Notes: a model not told the origin generated them from the sequence alone. A DNA stretch of 64,000 nucleotides from Candidatus Liberimonas magnetica (GCA_020523885.1 JAJAPY010000017.1:2492-66491); one strand, 5' to 3'; counted from the stretch's first letter, positions 18,689 through 28,242 are shown. Made by a program: numbers and translations.

Positions 18689-19411
18689 TTATTTTCCCCA
18701 CGAAAGCCTTTCAATTAAGAACGCAGGAAGCCTGGCTTTATGCATTTTTTCCTGTGTTAAAGCTAGATCATATTCAAGCCTGCATACCTTTAATTCATTT
18801 GTATTCGTATCGTAGACCGAACAGGAAGTCCTGAAATTCCCGTCTCTTGGCTGGCCTACAGAACCGGAGTTTATGATATATTTTTCATCTTTATTCAGGC
18901 GGGTTGATTCGGTATTGCGAAAAATGTGGATCGATGTATTAGCCATAACGAACGGTATATGGCTGTGCCCTACAAAAGTAAACGGTGTTTTCAGCAGTGC
19001 CAGGTTCTCTTTATATTGAGCCGGTGTCAGCAGATAATCGCTTAACGGATCGATCAATGAACCGTGTACCAGAGTAAAATCCGAATGAAAAACGGTTTTT
19101 GGGAGTTCCGATAAGTATATCTGGTTTGATTCTGTGAGCTGCTGGCGCGTCCATATAATTGCCTTCTGTGCATACTCGTTGAACCATGTTATGTCCCTAA
19201 GCCCGCAGGCAGCCCAGTCATGGTTCCCTACGACTACCCATAAAGGGAACAGGTCTCTCAATTTATATACACACTCATTTGGATTAGGCCCATAGCCGAC
19301 CAGGTCGCCGCAGGAAAGGTAACCGTCAACATTTTCAGATTTCAAATGAGCCAAAACCACTTCAAGCGCTTCCAGGTTTGCGTGTATATCAGATAATATT
19401 CCGTATTTCAT
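18689..19411 (-). CDS. Calcineurin-like metallophosphoesterase
   Basis: SDIHAN, GDLVGYG, GNHD, VHGS, GHSH, NSGSVGQPRDG. Confidence 0.92.
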   Translation of the reverse strand: MKYGILSDIHANLEALEVVLAHLKSENVDGYLSCGDLVGYGPNPNECVYKLRDLFPLWVVVGNHDWAACGLRDITWFNEYAQKAIIWTRQQLTESNQIYLSELPKTVFHSDFTLVHGSLIDPLSDYLLTPAQYKENLALLKTPFTFVGHSHIPFVMANTSIHIFRNTESTRLNKDEKYIINSGSVGQPRDGNFRTSCSVYDTNTNELKVCRLEYDLALTQEKMHKARLPAFLIERLSWGK

Positions 19412-19427
19412 AGATTTTATTAAATCG

Positions 19428-19525
19428 CAATTACCAAGATACAGGTTTCAGACAAATTGAAATAACCAATCAAACTTTGGAATTTGGTAATTGTTTGGTT
19501 ATTGTTTCTTGGTTATTGGTTATTT
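19428..19525. repeat. Inverted repeat built from AATAACC-type heptamers, partly inside the 3' end of the upstream CDS
   Basis: AATTACCAAGATAC...AAATAACCAATC versus TTTGGAATTTGGTAATTGTTTGGTTATTGTTTCTTGGTTATTGGTTATT. Confidence 0.75.
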
Positions 19526-20240
19526 TTAACTTTATAATATTGCTTACAAAAACAAATAGGCCTAAGATACGAAAGAATCGTTTTGGCTGTTGAATTAACC
19601 TGAAAAACCATTCAAGCCCTACTATTTGCATGAGCCTAGGCGCTCTCTTTAGGCTGCCGCTTAGCACATCAAAACTTCCTCCTACGCCCATAGCCAGCTT
19701 TATGCCAAACCTGTTGAGATTTTTCGATATCCATATTTCCTGACGCGGTACATCCAGGGCAACAAGAAGGATATCAGCCGCAGATTTTTTTATTTCTTCA
19801 ATAACCTTTTCTTCGTCTTCCTTTTTAAAATATCCATGGTGAATTCCTGATATCTTTAGGTCAGGGTATTTAATTAACAGGCTCTTAGACGCCTTTTCCA
19901 AAATATCGGTTTTTGAGCCCAGTAAAAATATTTTGTATCCGTTTTCATTGGAAAGATTACAGATATCTTCTATTATGTCTATGCCGGCAAAACGCGATAT
20001 TTTCTTGCCGAAAAGATAATGTACCGACCACACAATGCCTATCGAATCAGGTATTACGAATGCTGCATCCTGTATAGTCTTTGAAAGTATCTTATCCTTA
20101 ACTGCCCGATTATACATCAGGGCATTCAAGGTTACTATCTGAGCGGGTATATTTTTATTTATTAAATTACGGATTATACCCTCTATATGCTCTTTTTCTG
20201 TAATATCAAGACAACCCGGGCCAAAGTTTATACGGTTCAT
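19470..20240 (-). CDS. WecB/TagA/CpsF family glycosyltransferase
   Basis: IVTLN, PDSIG, AGID, HHGYF, VPRQE.WI, MGVGGSFDV.SG..KRAP, GLEW..RL.QQP.R. Confidence 0.92.
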   Translation of the reverse strand: MNRINFGPGCLDITEKEHIEGIIRNLINKNIPAQIVTLNALMYNRAVKDKILSKTIQDAAFVIPDSIGIVWSVHYLFGKKISRFAGIDIIEDICNLSNENGYKIFLLGSKTDILEKASKSLLIKYPDLKISGIHHGYFKKEDEEKVIEEIKKSAADILLVALDVPRQEIWISKNLNRFGIKLAMGVGGSFDVLSGSLKRAPRLMQIVGLEWFFRLIQQPKRFFRILGLFVFVSNIIKLKITNNQETITKQLPNSKV

Positions 20241-20248
20241 AGGAGAGA

Positions 20249-23200
20249 TTATGCTGTGGCAGCCAATTCCCTCTGCAAGCGTACAGATATAATCTTTGAT
20301 ACCCCCTGTTCTTCCATCGTTACGCCGTAAAGGATATTGGCCATTTCCATGGTGCGTTTATTGTGGGTAACCACCAGGAACTGGGTTTTAGAAGAGAAGG
20401 ATCTTACCATGTTAATGTACCTTCCGATATTGGCATCGTCAAGCGGTGCATCGACTTCATCCATTATGCAGAAAGGGGAAGGCCTGACCATGAAGAAGGC
20501 GAACAATAAAGCTATCGCAGTAAGGGCTTTTTCTCCACCTGAAAGAAGTGCGATGTTCTGGAACTTTTTTCCCGGCGGCTGGGCAATGATGTCAACTCCG
20601 CTTTCAAGCAGGTTATTTTCATCTGTAAGCACAAGGTCTGCTTCCCCTCCTTCAAACAGCTGTTTATAGATCGTTCTGAAATTACTCTGCACTTCGTAGA
20701 AAGTTTTCTTAAAGTTTTCCAAAGTATTCTGGTTAATTTTTACTATAACCTGGTGGAGGTCTTCTTTTGCCTTAACCAGGTCCTGCTGCTGTGTCAGGAG
20801 GAAATTATAGCGCTCCTGTAACACCGCATATTCTTCAGGCGCTGCCATATTAACAGGTCCTATGGCTTCTATCCTCCTTTTTAAGCGCAGTATCTCTTCT
20901 TCCTGAACCGCCCCTTGAGCGTATTCGTCTTTTACTTCTTCAAAAGCGCATTCATATTCTTCTTTTAATCTGGCAATTGAAGCTTGCTTTTTTAGTTCCG
21001 AGCTTCTCATTTCAAGCTGGTATTTATGAATGTCCTGTTTTAGCTGTTCGGTCTGATTTTTTAATTCATGAAGGACTTTGTTTTTTTCATTGAAACTGTT
21101 GAGGAGTTCCTGCCGTTCTATCAAGCTTGCCTGTACTTCTTTTTCTTTTTTCTCCTGCTTTTTATAGAACTCCTTTAATTTATCGCTTTCGTTAGCTTGT
21201 ACATCCTTTTGTTCCTCCAGTTTTAGCTTATTCGCTTCGAATTCTTTATGAAACTGGCCCAGCCTTTCTTTTACCGTTACTAAAGTCTCTTTTAATGTTT
21301 CATCTTCTCTTTTCCTTGAAGTAAGCTCGTTCACCTGTGTCGCCCAAGCGACCTTTGACTCTGTCAGGATCGGAGCTAATTCACTTTCTTTACGGTTAAG
21401 TTCGGACAGCCTGTTAAGAAGCTGCTGCTGGCTTGATTTTATTTCTTTTTCCTCATTCTCAATGTTTGAGAGGCTCTCAACAAAGGTTTTTAAATTATCT
21501 TTTGTTTTAGATTCCTCATTCTCATTCTTGCTCAATTCTTCCCGCGTGATTTGTATTTCTTTTTCCATGTACTCTTCATCCTGTTTTATGGTCCCGATCT
21601 GCTTTCTCTGCATTTCAAGAGTAAAGGCGAGCCTCTGCTGATTAGTGTCAATTTGTTTCATTTGTGCCGTTAACTGCTCGATTTCACAGCTTAAGTTTTT
21701 GGTTACATCAATGAGTTTATCCAGTTCATTCTTTTTTGATAAAAGTTCTTTTTCAAGGTCTTTGACCATAGTGGTGTTTATTTTTAAAGTTTCATCAAGG
21801 TTTATCTGCCCGCCGCCCTGAAGAACCGCATATCCGTAGATCGTATTTCCTGAGACCAGGGTCTCTCCGCATAAAAACGTAAGGGCTTTTTCTAATGTCT
21901 GGTCGTACCGTATCATGGATATTAAAGAGCGTGCTCCTGGAAGATGGATAACCGTGCTTGTATGGATATTTTCAGGCAGCCTTTCAAGCACTAGGAATGT
22001 TACTCTTCCCAGGTTATTTTCTTCCAGGTATTTTATAGCTGCGTTCGCCGATTCCACTGTATCCGAAACCAGGTAATCAAGTTTTTCGCCAAGAGCTTCA
22101 ATAACTATATCCTGATAGACATCATCGATAGTTATCAAATCACGGATAGGCCCGCGTAGACCTTGAAACCCCATAGACAAAACAGAACGCGCTGCGGATT
22201 TTCTGGGGTCTCTCATCTCTATTTCTAAAAGCGTCTGTCTTCTAGATTCTATTGAAACTATACTTTCTTTAAGGGCAAGTATAGTGTTAGCTATTTTGGC
22301 TCTTTCATCTTCAAGTTTTGTCATTTTACTTCTTAGGTTTTCCTGCATCTCTAACGTCTGAGAATTTACCGCTTCGCTCTCGGAAAGGTCCTTCTCGAAC
22401 CGGGCTATCTGTTCTTTTACAGGGGTGAGTTTTTCATTAAACCTATTTAAGTCTTTTTGCAGGGAAAGTATCTGTACCTGGCAGTGAGACTGATATGAAT
22501 TAAGCCTGTTCTGTTCGTTATGGTTCTTGCTTTTTTCCGTATTTAGCTCGAATAACCTGTTCTTGAATATGTTCTCTTCATTATTTGCGTTAAAAAGGAC
22601 GCTCCTTATTTCATTTAACTGGGCTTCTTTTTCTTTGTATTCTTTCTCAAGCTTAATTACCTGCTCATTGATCTCATCACAAAGGCGTGTTATGGAGGCT
22701 ATCTCAGTTTCATGTTTTTTTATCAGTTCAGAATAATTCTTTATTTCATTTTTTAAATCAGCCTGGCGCTCAAGGAGTTCCTTTTCTCTTGCATCGGCAG
22801 ATTGTATCCTTTCATCCGAGAGGCTGATATCGGATTTTATATTCGAAAAGTCATCCTGGAGCTTGATATAGGTTTCGTCTTTTTCCGTCTGCAAGAGCCT
22901 GATCTGTGAAATCTCAGAATCTATCTGGTTAAGACTGGTGTTGAATTTCTCAAATTCTTCTGTCTTAGGCACTAGCTCCAGATTGATGTTATCTATTTCA
23001 GCCTGATGCGAAGTTACATTCTTTACGAGGTTCGCTATTTCAAACCTCTTCAGGTCTTCCTGGTATTTTTTATACTGCCTTGCTTTCCTTGCAGCTGCAT
23101 CAAGAGAACTGATCTGTTCTTTGAGAAGCGCCAGCATGTCGTTGACCCTGTTCATGTCTATGTCTATCTTCTCGAGTTTTCTTAATGTCTCTTCCCTTCT

Positions 23201-23716
23201 TACTTTATACTTTGAAACTCCTGCGGCTTCTTCAAATAGTTCGCGCCTTTCTTCAGGTTTAGCGGAAAGTACGAATTCGACTTTCCCCTGCTCCATTACA
23301 GCATAACCTTCTGTCCCTATGCCGGTATCAAGGAACATGTCGCGGACATCTTTTAAACGGCATTGTGTTTTATTCATAAAATATTCGCTTTCGCCGCTCC
23401 TGAATAGCCTGCGCGTAACCGTAACTTCTGAATAATCTATGGGTAAAAGGTTTTGGGAGTTGTCAAAGGTAATAGATACTTCTGCCATACCTGTTATAGA
23501 ACGCGACTGTGACCCGTTAAAAATTACGTCCATCATCTGGCGGCTGCGCAAGGAATGAGCGCTCTGCTCTCCGAGGCACCAGCGGACTGCATCTGCAACG
23601 TTTGATTTTCCGCATCCGTTTGGGCCGATTATGGCTGTAATTCCTTGCTCAAAATCAAGCTTTATTTTGTCAGCAAAAGACTTAAAACCACAAATTTCAA
23701 TCTTCTTTAGATACAT
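20249..23716 (-). CDS. smc: Chromosome segregation protein SMC
   Basis: GFKSF, GPNGCGKSN Walker A, coiled coils with hinge (GRVTFL), LSGGE signature, MDEVDAPLD Walker B. Confidence 0.98.
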   Translation of the reverse strand: MYLKKIEICGFKSFADKIKLDFEQGITAIIGPNGCGKSNVADAVRWCLGEQSAHSLRSRQMMDVIFNGSQSRSITGMAEVSITFDNSQNLLPIDYSEVTVTRRLFRSGESEYFMNKTQCRLKDVRDMFLDTGIGTEGYAVMEQGKVEFVLSAKPEERRELFEEAAGVSKYKVRREETLRKLEKIDIDMNRVNDMLALLKEQISSLDAAARKARQYKKYQEDLKRFEIANLVKNVTSHQAEIDNINLELVPKTEEFEKFNTSLNQIDSEISQIRLLQTEKDETYIKLQDDFSNIKSDISLSDERIQSADAREKELLERQADLKNEIKNYSELIKKHETEIASITRLCDEINEQVIKLEKEYKEKEAQLNEIRSVLFNANNEENIFKNRLFELNTEKSKNHNEQNRLNSYQSHCQVQILSLQKDLNRFNEKLTPVKEQIARFEKDLSESEAVNSQTLEMQENLRSKMTKLEDERAKIANTILALKESIVSIESRRQTLLEIEMRDPRKSAARSVLSMGFQGLRGPIRDLITIDDVYQDIVIEALGEKLDYLVSDTVESANAAIKYLEENNLGRVTFLVLERLPENIHTSTVIHLPGARSLISMIRYDQTLEKALTFLCGETLVSGNTIYGYAVLQGGGQINLDETLKINTTMVKDLEKELLSKKNELDKLIDVTKNLSCEIEQLTAQMKQIDTNQQRLAFTLEMQRKQIGTIKQDEEYMEKEIQITREELSKNENEESKTKDNLKTFVESLSNIENEEKEIKSSQQQLLNRLSELNRKESELAPILTESKVAWATQVNELTSRKREDETLKETLVTVKERLGQFHKEFEANKLKLEEQKDVQANESDKLKEFYKKQEKKEKEVQASLIERQELLNSFNEKNKVLHELKNQTEQLKQDIHKYQLEMRSSELKKQASIARLKEEYECAFEEVKDEYAQGAVQEEEILRLKRRIEAIGPVNMAAPEEYAVLQERYNFLLTQQQDLVKAKEDLHQVIVKINQNTLENFKKTFYEVQSNFRTIYKQLFEGGEADLVLTDENNLLESGVDIIAQPPGKKFQNIALLSGGEKALTAIALLFAFFMVRPSPFCIMDEVDAPLDDANIGRYINMVRSFSSKTQFLVVTHNKRTMEMANILYGVTMEEQGVSKIISVRLQRELAATA

Positions 23717-23790
23717 TTTTTCATCCTTTTTTCCATAGATTATTTATTGTTATCATCTATTATCTAATAGTTATAAATGATAACAAATAA

Positions 23791-23819
23791 AAGATACAAA
23801 ATTATATTTAATTTGTCAA
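23791..23819 (-). promoter_or_regulatory. Putative sigma70 promoter of the smc operon
   Basis: TTGACA-N17-TATCTT; followed by an inverted repeat at 23747-23786. Confidence 0.55.
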
Positions 23820-23917
23820 GGGGTATACTAAATGTAGTTTAAAAATAGATTATATTACTAAGGGTTGGTGTTATCTGCATCATATATTAGGGCAAAATAG
23901 GGTTCTAATGGTCCGTA

Positions 23918-24139
23918 TTAAAACTCATCGGGTGAAAGGCCTGAATAGGCTTTATGGATGGCATCAATAGAAATCATTCTTTTTTTCGGGGTTTTTGCTA
24001 CAAAATAAATGCCTGCAAGAGCTGCTGCAGCTATGACATTAAAAACAAATAATAATTCAGCTGAACAACCGCCGTTATCGCACATTCTAGATTTTTCTTC
24101 AAGATAAATAGCTTCTTTCTGTTGTGGTGTAAGCTCCAT
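23918..24139 (-). CDS. Small single-TM hypothetical protein (73 aa)
   Basis: ATG of MELTPQQKEAIYLEEK preceded by AAGGGG RBS; one hydrophobic helix. Confidence 0.65.
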   Translation of the reverse strand: MELTPQQKEAIYLEEKSRMCDNGGCSAELLFVFNVIAAAALAGIYFVAKTPKKRMISIDAIHKAYSGLSPDEF

Positions 24140-24165
24140 TTCTTTCCCCTTTATCAATAAAATCC

Positions 24166-24232
24166 GGCAGTCAAAAGGCAAAAAGTAAACGCTGATTTTC
24201 TATACGCCTACCCTTTACCTTTTGATGCTGCC
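24166..24232. repeat. Imperfect inverted repeat with AAAAGG(C/T)-type heptamers
   Basis: GGCAGTCAAAAGGCAAAAAGTA ... TACCCTTTACCTTTTGATGCTGCC. Confidence 0.6.
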
Positions 24233-24241
24233 ATAGATTTA

Positions 24242-24643
24242 TTATAAAACTTCAACCTTAACTATGCTTGATTTTGCCAAGACCTTATCATCGCTGTTTT
24301 TTATTCTTGCAGTTATCTTGTATTTTCCAGGTGCAAAATTTACCCAGTCGAACCACCAATAACCGGCTGTATGACGGCAAGGCATCCAGGAAGAATTATT
24401 TATCTGTATCTCAGCAATACCGTCAGAAGCGCCCAGCCGCATAGCATAATGCGGCGGATACAATTTTTCGTTTTGGACAGGATGGTCTATAACAACAAAA
24501 GCGCTTGGCGCCTGGACGCTTTCCTTAACCTGTTGTTTGACCTGATTTGAGGCCGGCGCCTTTTCCGAAATAGTTGCTACAGCTGATGCGATTTTCGTCT
24601 TTAATGCATCTGTTGTCTTTTTTGCTGCTTTTCTTGGTGACAT
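24242..24643 (-). CDS. Hypothetical protein: Lys/Ala-rich N-terminus plus Ig-like beta domain
   Basis: GGAGGG RBS before MSPRKAAKK; C-terminal VIDHP...W.PCR...GYWWFDW....PGKYKITAR. Confidence 0.7.
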   Translation of the reverse strand: MSPRKAAKKTTDALKTKIASAVATISEKAPASNQVKQQVKESVQAPSAFVVIDHPVQNEKLYPPHYAMRLGASDGIAEIQINNSSWMPCRHTAGYWWFDWVNFAPGKYKITARIKNSDDKVLAKSSIVKVEVL

Positions 24644-24662
24644 TTTACCCTCCATTTTTATT

Positions 24663-24736
24663 TAGCGTTTAGCGGATAGTTAAAGCCTTTGACTTTCTCC
24701 TATACGCTCCACGCTGCATTTTGTGCGCTATACGCT
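24663..24736. repeat. Degenerate second copy of the AGCGTAT heptamer inverted repeat
   Basis: TAGCGTTTAGCGGATAG ... CTATACGCTCCACGCT...CGCTATACGCT, same units as 1056-1150. Confidence 0.7.
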
Positions 24737-25837
24737 TGTTTGATATACTCTATACTTCTTGTATAGTTTACCGCCCATCATTTCACAAGCTCTTTGCGTC
24801 ATTATATTATCTTCTAAAATCCATGAAAACTCACACTTTTTAAATCCAAGCCTAAGCGAATTTTTCAGTGACTCATTATATAACACCCCCTCAATCCCGC
24901 GTTGGCGGTTTTCTTTTACTACGCCCATTATCATAAGCCTTAGGGCATTGATTTTATTTTTGTAATAAAGAAACTTAAAAATACCGAGAGGCCACAAGTT
25001 TCCGTTCATTTTTTTCATTACAAAATTATAATCAGGTACGGCGATCAGCATCGCTACAGGTTTTCCGTCTATTTCAGCAAGTAGCGTCGTATCCAGGAGC
25101 AGAAGATCCTTGAGCCGTTTTGCTATAGTATAGAACTCTTTTTGCGTCCAGGGTACAAAACCCCAGTTTTTTTCCCAGGCTGCATTGTATATTTCTACCG
25201 CTCTGGCTATTTCGTTTTCAAAATCCTTTATGTTCAGTTTTCTTACTTTCAAACCCGGATTTTTTTTATAAGCTATTTGTGAAAGACGCTCCAGCCTTTC
25301 GAGATTTTCGCCGGACACATCCATATCATAAGCATAGAGCTCTTTTGCCTTGGATAGGCCGCTTTTTTCTGCAAGATACAGGTAATAGTCCGGGTTGTAG
25401 GGCATCATTAAACGCGGGGGCGTATCAAAACCTGAGCATAAGAAACCCATCTCATCGTTCGTAGAAGGATTCGTAGGTCCTATCATCTTCTGCATGCCTT
25501 TTGATCTCAGCCAAACAATAGCTTTGTCAAATAAGGCTTTTGCTGCATTGTGGTCGTTTATTGATTCATAAAAGCCAAAGAACCCTGTCTTTTCATTATG
25601 AAATTTTATAAAATTCTGGTCAGTTACAGCGGCTATCCTTCCAATACACCTGCCGTTTTCATCATACGCTAGGTAAAGTTCTTTTTCTGCATGTTCCCAA
25701 AAAGGATTTTCAGTTAATGTAAATTTATAGTCATCTATCAATTGAGGGACCCAGTTAGGGTCATTCTTATATATTTTCCACGGAAATTTAATAAACTCCA
25801 TCAATTCGCTTTCAGTTTTTACTATTTTTATTTCCAT
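24728..25837 (-). CDS. GNAT-fold N-acyltransferase, probable bacterial ceramide synthase (CerS-like)
   Basis: F..FPW.IY..DP.WVP, GRIAA, GFFGFYE, MIGP, MPYNP.YY, YN.AW..NWGFVP, SWILEDN; directly downstream of the Spt-like gene. Confidence 0.75.
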   Translation of the reverse strand: MEIKIVKTESELMEFIKFPWKIYKNDPNWVPQLIDDYKFTLTENPFWEHAEKELYLAYDENGRCIGRIAAVTDQNFIKFHNEKTGFFGFYESINDHNAAKALFDKAIVWLRSKGMQKMIGPTNPSTNDEMGFLCSGFDTPPRLMMPYNPDYYLYLAEKSGLSKAKELYAYDMDVSGENLERLERLSQIAYKKNPGLKVRKLNIKDFENEIARAVEIYNAAWEKNWGFVPWTQKEFYTIAKRLKDLLLLDTTLLAEIDGKPVAMLIAVPDYNFVMKKMNGNLWPLGIFKFLYYKNKINALRLMIMGVVKENRQRGIEGVLYNESLKNSLRLGFKKCEFSWILEDNIMTQRACEMMGGKLYKKYRVYQTSV

Positions 25838-25841
25838 AGAG

Positions 25842-27149
25842 CTATTGTTTATTGAGCCACCAAAGGTTCTTTATCCATTTTTTTGTTGCGTTAAGCATTT
25901 GTTCTCTTGAAAAACTGAATTTCCAGGTTTTTTCCGCCTGTTTTTTCTTTCTCATGCTAGCACCGGGTATGATGCCAAGCTGTTTACCTACTTTTTCAAA
26001 AGAATCAAGGACAAAGTCAAGCTGTTCATCGGTATGCGTTGCCATGTAACTTGTTCGTATTATGGCGTGGCCTTCAGGAACAGCCGGGCTTACTACTGGC
26101 GAAGTAAATATACCTCCGTCGAACAATATCCTCCACATCTGGAAAGCTTTCATGTCCTCGCCGACCGTTATAGGAATGATGGGGGACGCTGAGGTGCCTG
26201 TATTGAATCCGAGGTCTTCAAATCCTTCTTTCATTTTTTTAGTATTCTTCCAAAGTCTTATTCTCCGTTCAGGTTCTTTTTCTATTAGATCCAAAGCTGC
26301 AATAATTGCAGCTACCTGAGCAGGCGGCAGGCTTGCTGTAAATATCAATGACCTGGCAAGATGTTTGACATAATGTACCACTTCTTCTCTTGCGGCTATA
26401 AAACCTCCGATGGAGGCAAGGGATTTTGATGCTGTTGCCATTATTACGTCAACCTCGGATTCGATGCCGAAATGTTCGCCTGTGCCCCGCCCGTTATCAC
26501 CTAAGACGCCTATCGAATGCGCTTCATCGCACATTACCCGTGCACCGTAACTCCGTGCAAGTTCTATTATTTTAGGCAGGTTTGCTATATCTCCTTCCAT
26601 GCTGAACACGCCGTCAACAACTATTAATTTACCCATGTCTTTATGGCGGATCAACTGGCGTTCCAGGTCATCCATATCGTTATGCCTGTAACGCACCATT
26701 TCGCCTAAGGACAGCCTGCACCCGTCAATTATGGAGGCATGGTCAAGCTTATCTGTAATTACTATATCGCCTTTTCCTACAAGCGTTGAAATAGCGCCTA
26801 GGTTCGAGTGGTGCCCAGTTGTAAACAAGATAGAGGCCTCTTTTCCTACAAACCGCGCAAATTTTCTTTCGGCTATTTCGTGAAGGTCAAAGGTTCCGTT
26901 AAGGAAACGCGAGCCTGTAGGAGATGTCCCGTACTTTCTTATAGCCTCAATGCTGGCCTCTTTGACTTTAGGATGGCCTGCAAGCCCTAAATAGTTATTT
27001 GAACAGATAATTATCTTTTTCTTGCCTTCGACTATAGTCTCAGGTCCCTGCTCTGACTCTGTTTTATGGAAATAAGGGTATACTCCAGCAGCCATTACTT
27101 CCCGGGCAGTCGTAAATTTTACACATTTAGTAAAAATATCCTGATGCAT
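25842..27149 (-). CDS. spt: Alpha-oxoamine synthase, probable serine palmitoyltransferase
   Basis: GVYPYF, SNNYLGL, GSRFLNGT.DLH, DHASIIDG, DEAH, PLP-lysine motif TASKSLAS.GG; resembles Bacteroidota-type Spt. Confidence 0.75.
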   Translation of the reverse strand: MHQDIFTKCVKFTTAREVMAAGVYPYFHKTESEQGPETIVEGKKKIIICSNNYLGLAGHPKVKEASIEAIRKYGTSPTGSRFLNGTFDLHEIAERKFARFVGKEASILFTTGHHSNLGAISTLVGKGDIVITDKLDHASIIDGCRLSLGEMVRYRHNDMDDLERQLIRHKDMGKLIVVDGVFSMEGDIANLPKIIELARSYGARVMCDEAHSIGVLGDNGRGTGEHFGIESEVDVIMATASKSLASIGGFIAAREEVVHYVKHLARSLIFTASLPPAQVAAIIAALDLIEKEPERRIRLWKNTKKMKEGFEDLGFNTGTSASPIIPITVGEDMKAFQMWRILFDGGIFTSPVVSPAVPEGHAIIRTSYMATHTDEQLDFVLDSFEKVGKQLGIIPGASMRKKKQAEKTWKFSFSREQMLNATKKWIKNLWWLNKQ

Positions 27150-27169
27150 AATGAACTCCTGAACAAGCT

Positions 27170-27253
27170 AATGACTAAATCCCAATTGAATAAATCCAAA
27201 ACTTAAAAATCAAAAAATATTTTTATGTCATGGGATTTGTTTTGTTTGTCATT
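27170..27253. repeat. Degenerate inverted repeat (AATGAC/AAATCCCA type)
   Basis: AATGACTAAATCCCA ... TGGGATTTG...TTGTCATT. Confidence 0.5.
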
Positions 27254-27258
27254 CTTTT

Positions 27259-28242
27259 TTAAAGCCAATTATTATCTTTATACCAAGTGTATGTTATTTT
27301 AGCACCTATTTCAAGATTTGTAAAGCCTATACTGAAATCTTTTTTTGTTTGAGAGTTATCTGCAAGCCAAAAACTACGTTCCATTTCACGTATTTTCTGT
27401 TTGTTCAAGACGGCAGGTCTGCCGGTTATTTTTGAAGCAGTCTCACAAAAAAAAGCCGTTAAATGAAAAACAATGCTGGGAACCGGTACGGGAAATGTAA
27501 ATTTGCCGATTGATCCGGCTATGACTTTGCCGACGTCAAATAAAGCATAGGGTTTTTCGTCGCTTATAAAATATGTCTTATTTATGGCCTTTTTATTTAA
27601 TATAGAATCAACCGCAAATTTTGCCAGGTCTTTTACAAAAACGAGTTGAAAATAACTTTTTTTTATCGGGTAAGGCCGCAGGTGATAGTTTATCAGTTTA
27701 AAAAAAATGAATATATCCTTGTCTCTCGGCCCATACACGGATGACGGCCTTAAGATCGTATAAGGCACTTTGTTTTTCAGTATTTCAACTTCTTTTTCTC
27801 CTGCCAGTTTGCTTGTTCCGTAATCAGAAACAGGGGTTTCCTGTTCGGTCAATGTTTTCGGTAATGCACTTGTGCTGGGACCCATGGCTGCCTGCGATGA
27901 GATATATATTAATTTTTTGATCTTTGGATTGTATTGAAGGATTGTTTCTACAAGGTTTCTCGTTCCGGTCTGGTTTGCCTGAAAATAGGCATCTTTACTG
28001 AAAGCACGTACAACGCCTGCATTATGAATGATAACATCGGCATGTTTTACAGGTTCTACCAGGGATTGAAGAGTGCACATATCACCGTAATAATATTTTA
28101 TAGGCAGGTTTTTTAAAAAACCGAGGAAACTAGTCCGTCTTACCAGCGCTAATACTTCATGGCCGTTTTCAATAAGCTCCTCAGCGATATTACTTCCTAC
28201 GAAACCATTTGCTCCTGTCAAAAGAATTTTCATGTTAATCAA
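27259..28242 (-). CDS. Extended SDR / NAD-dependent epimerase-dehydratase, probable ceramide reductase (CerR-like)
   Basis: TGANGFVG, HNAG, YISS.AA.G, YGTSK, RP..VYGPRD; upstream of spt. Confidence 0.8.
   Translation of the reverse strand: MINMKILLTGANGFVGSNIAEELIENGHEVLALVRRTSFLGFLKNLPIKYYYGDMCTLQSLVEPVKHADVIIHNAGVVRAFSKDAYFQANQTGTRNLVETILQYNPKIKKLIYISSQAAMGPSTSALPKTLTEQETPVSDYGTSKLAGEKEVEILKNKVPYTILRPSSVYGPRDKDIFIFFKLINYHLRPYPIKKSYFQLVFVKDLAKFAVDSILNKKAINKTYFISDEKPYALFDVGKVIAGSIGKFTFPVPVPSIVFHLTAFFCETASKITGRPAVLNKQKIREMERSFWLADNSQTKKDFSIGFTNLEIGAKITYTWYKDNNWL

Noticed and set aside
25842-27149. Annotation as bioF or kbl
   Set aside because: No biotin or threonine-dehydrogenase genes nearby; GVYPYF/GSRFLNGT motifs and flanking GNAT and SDR genes favour Spt, although BioF/Kbl is not formally excluded
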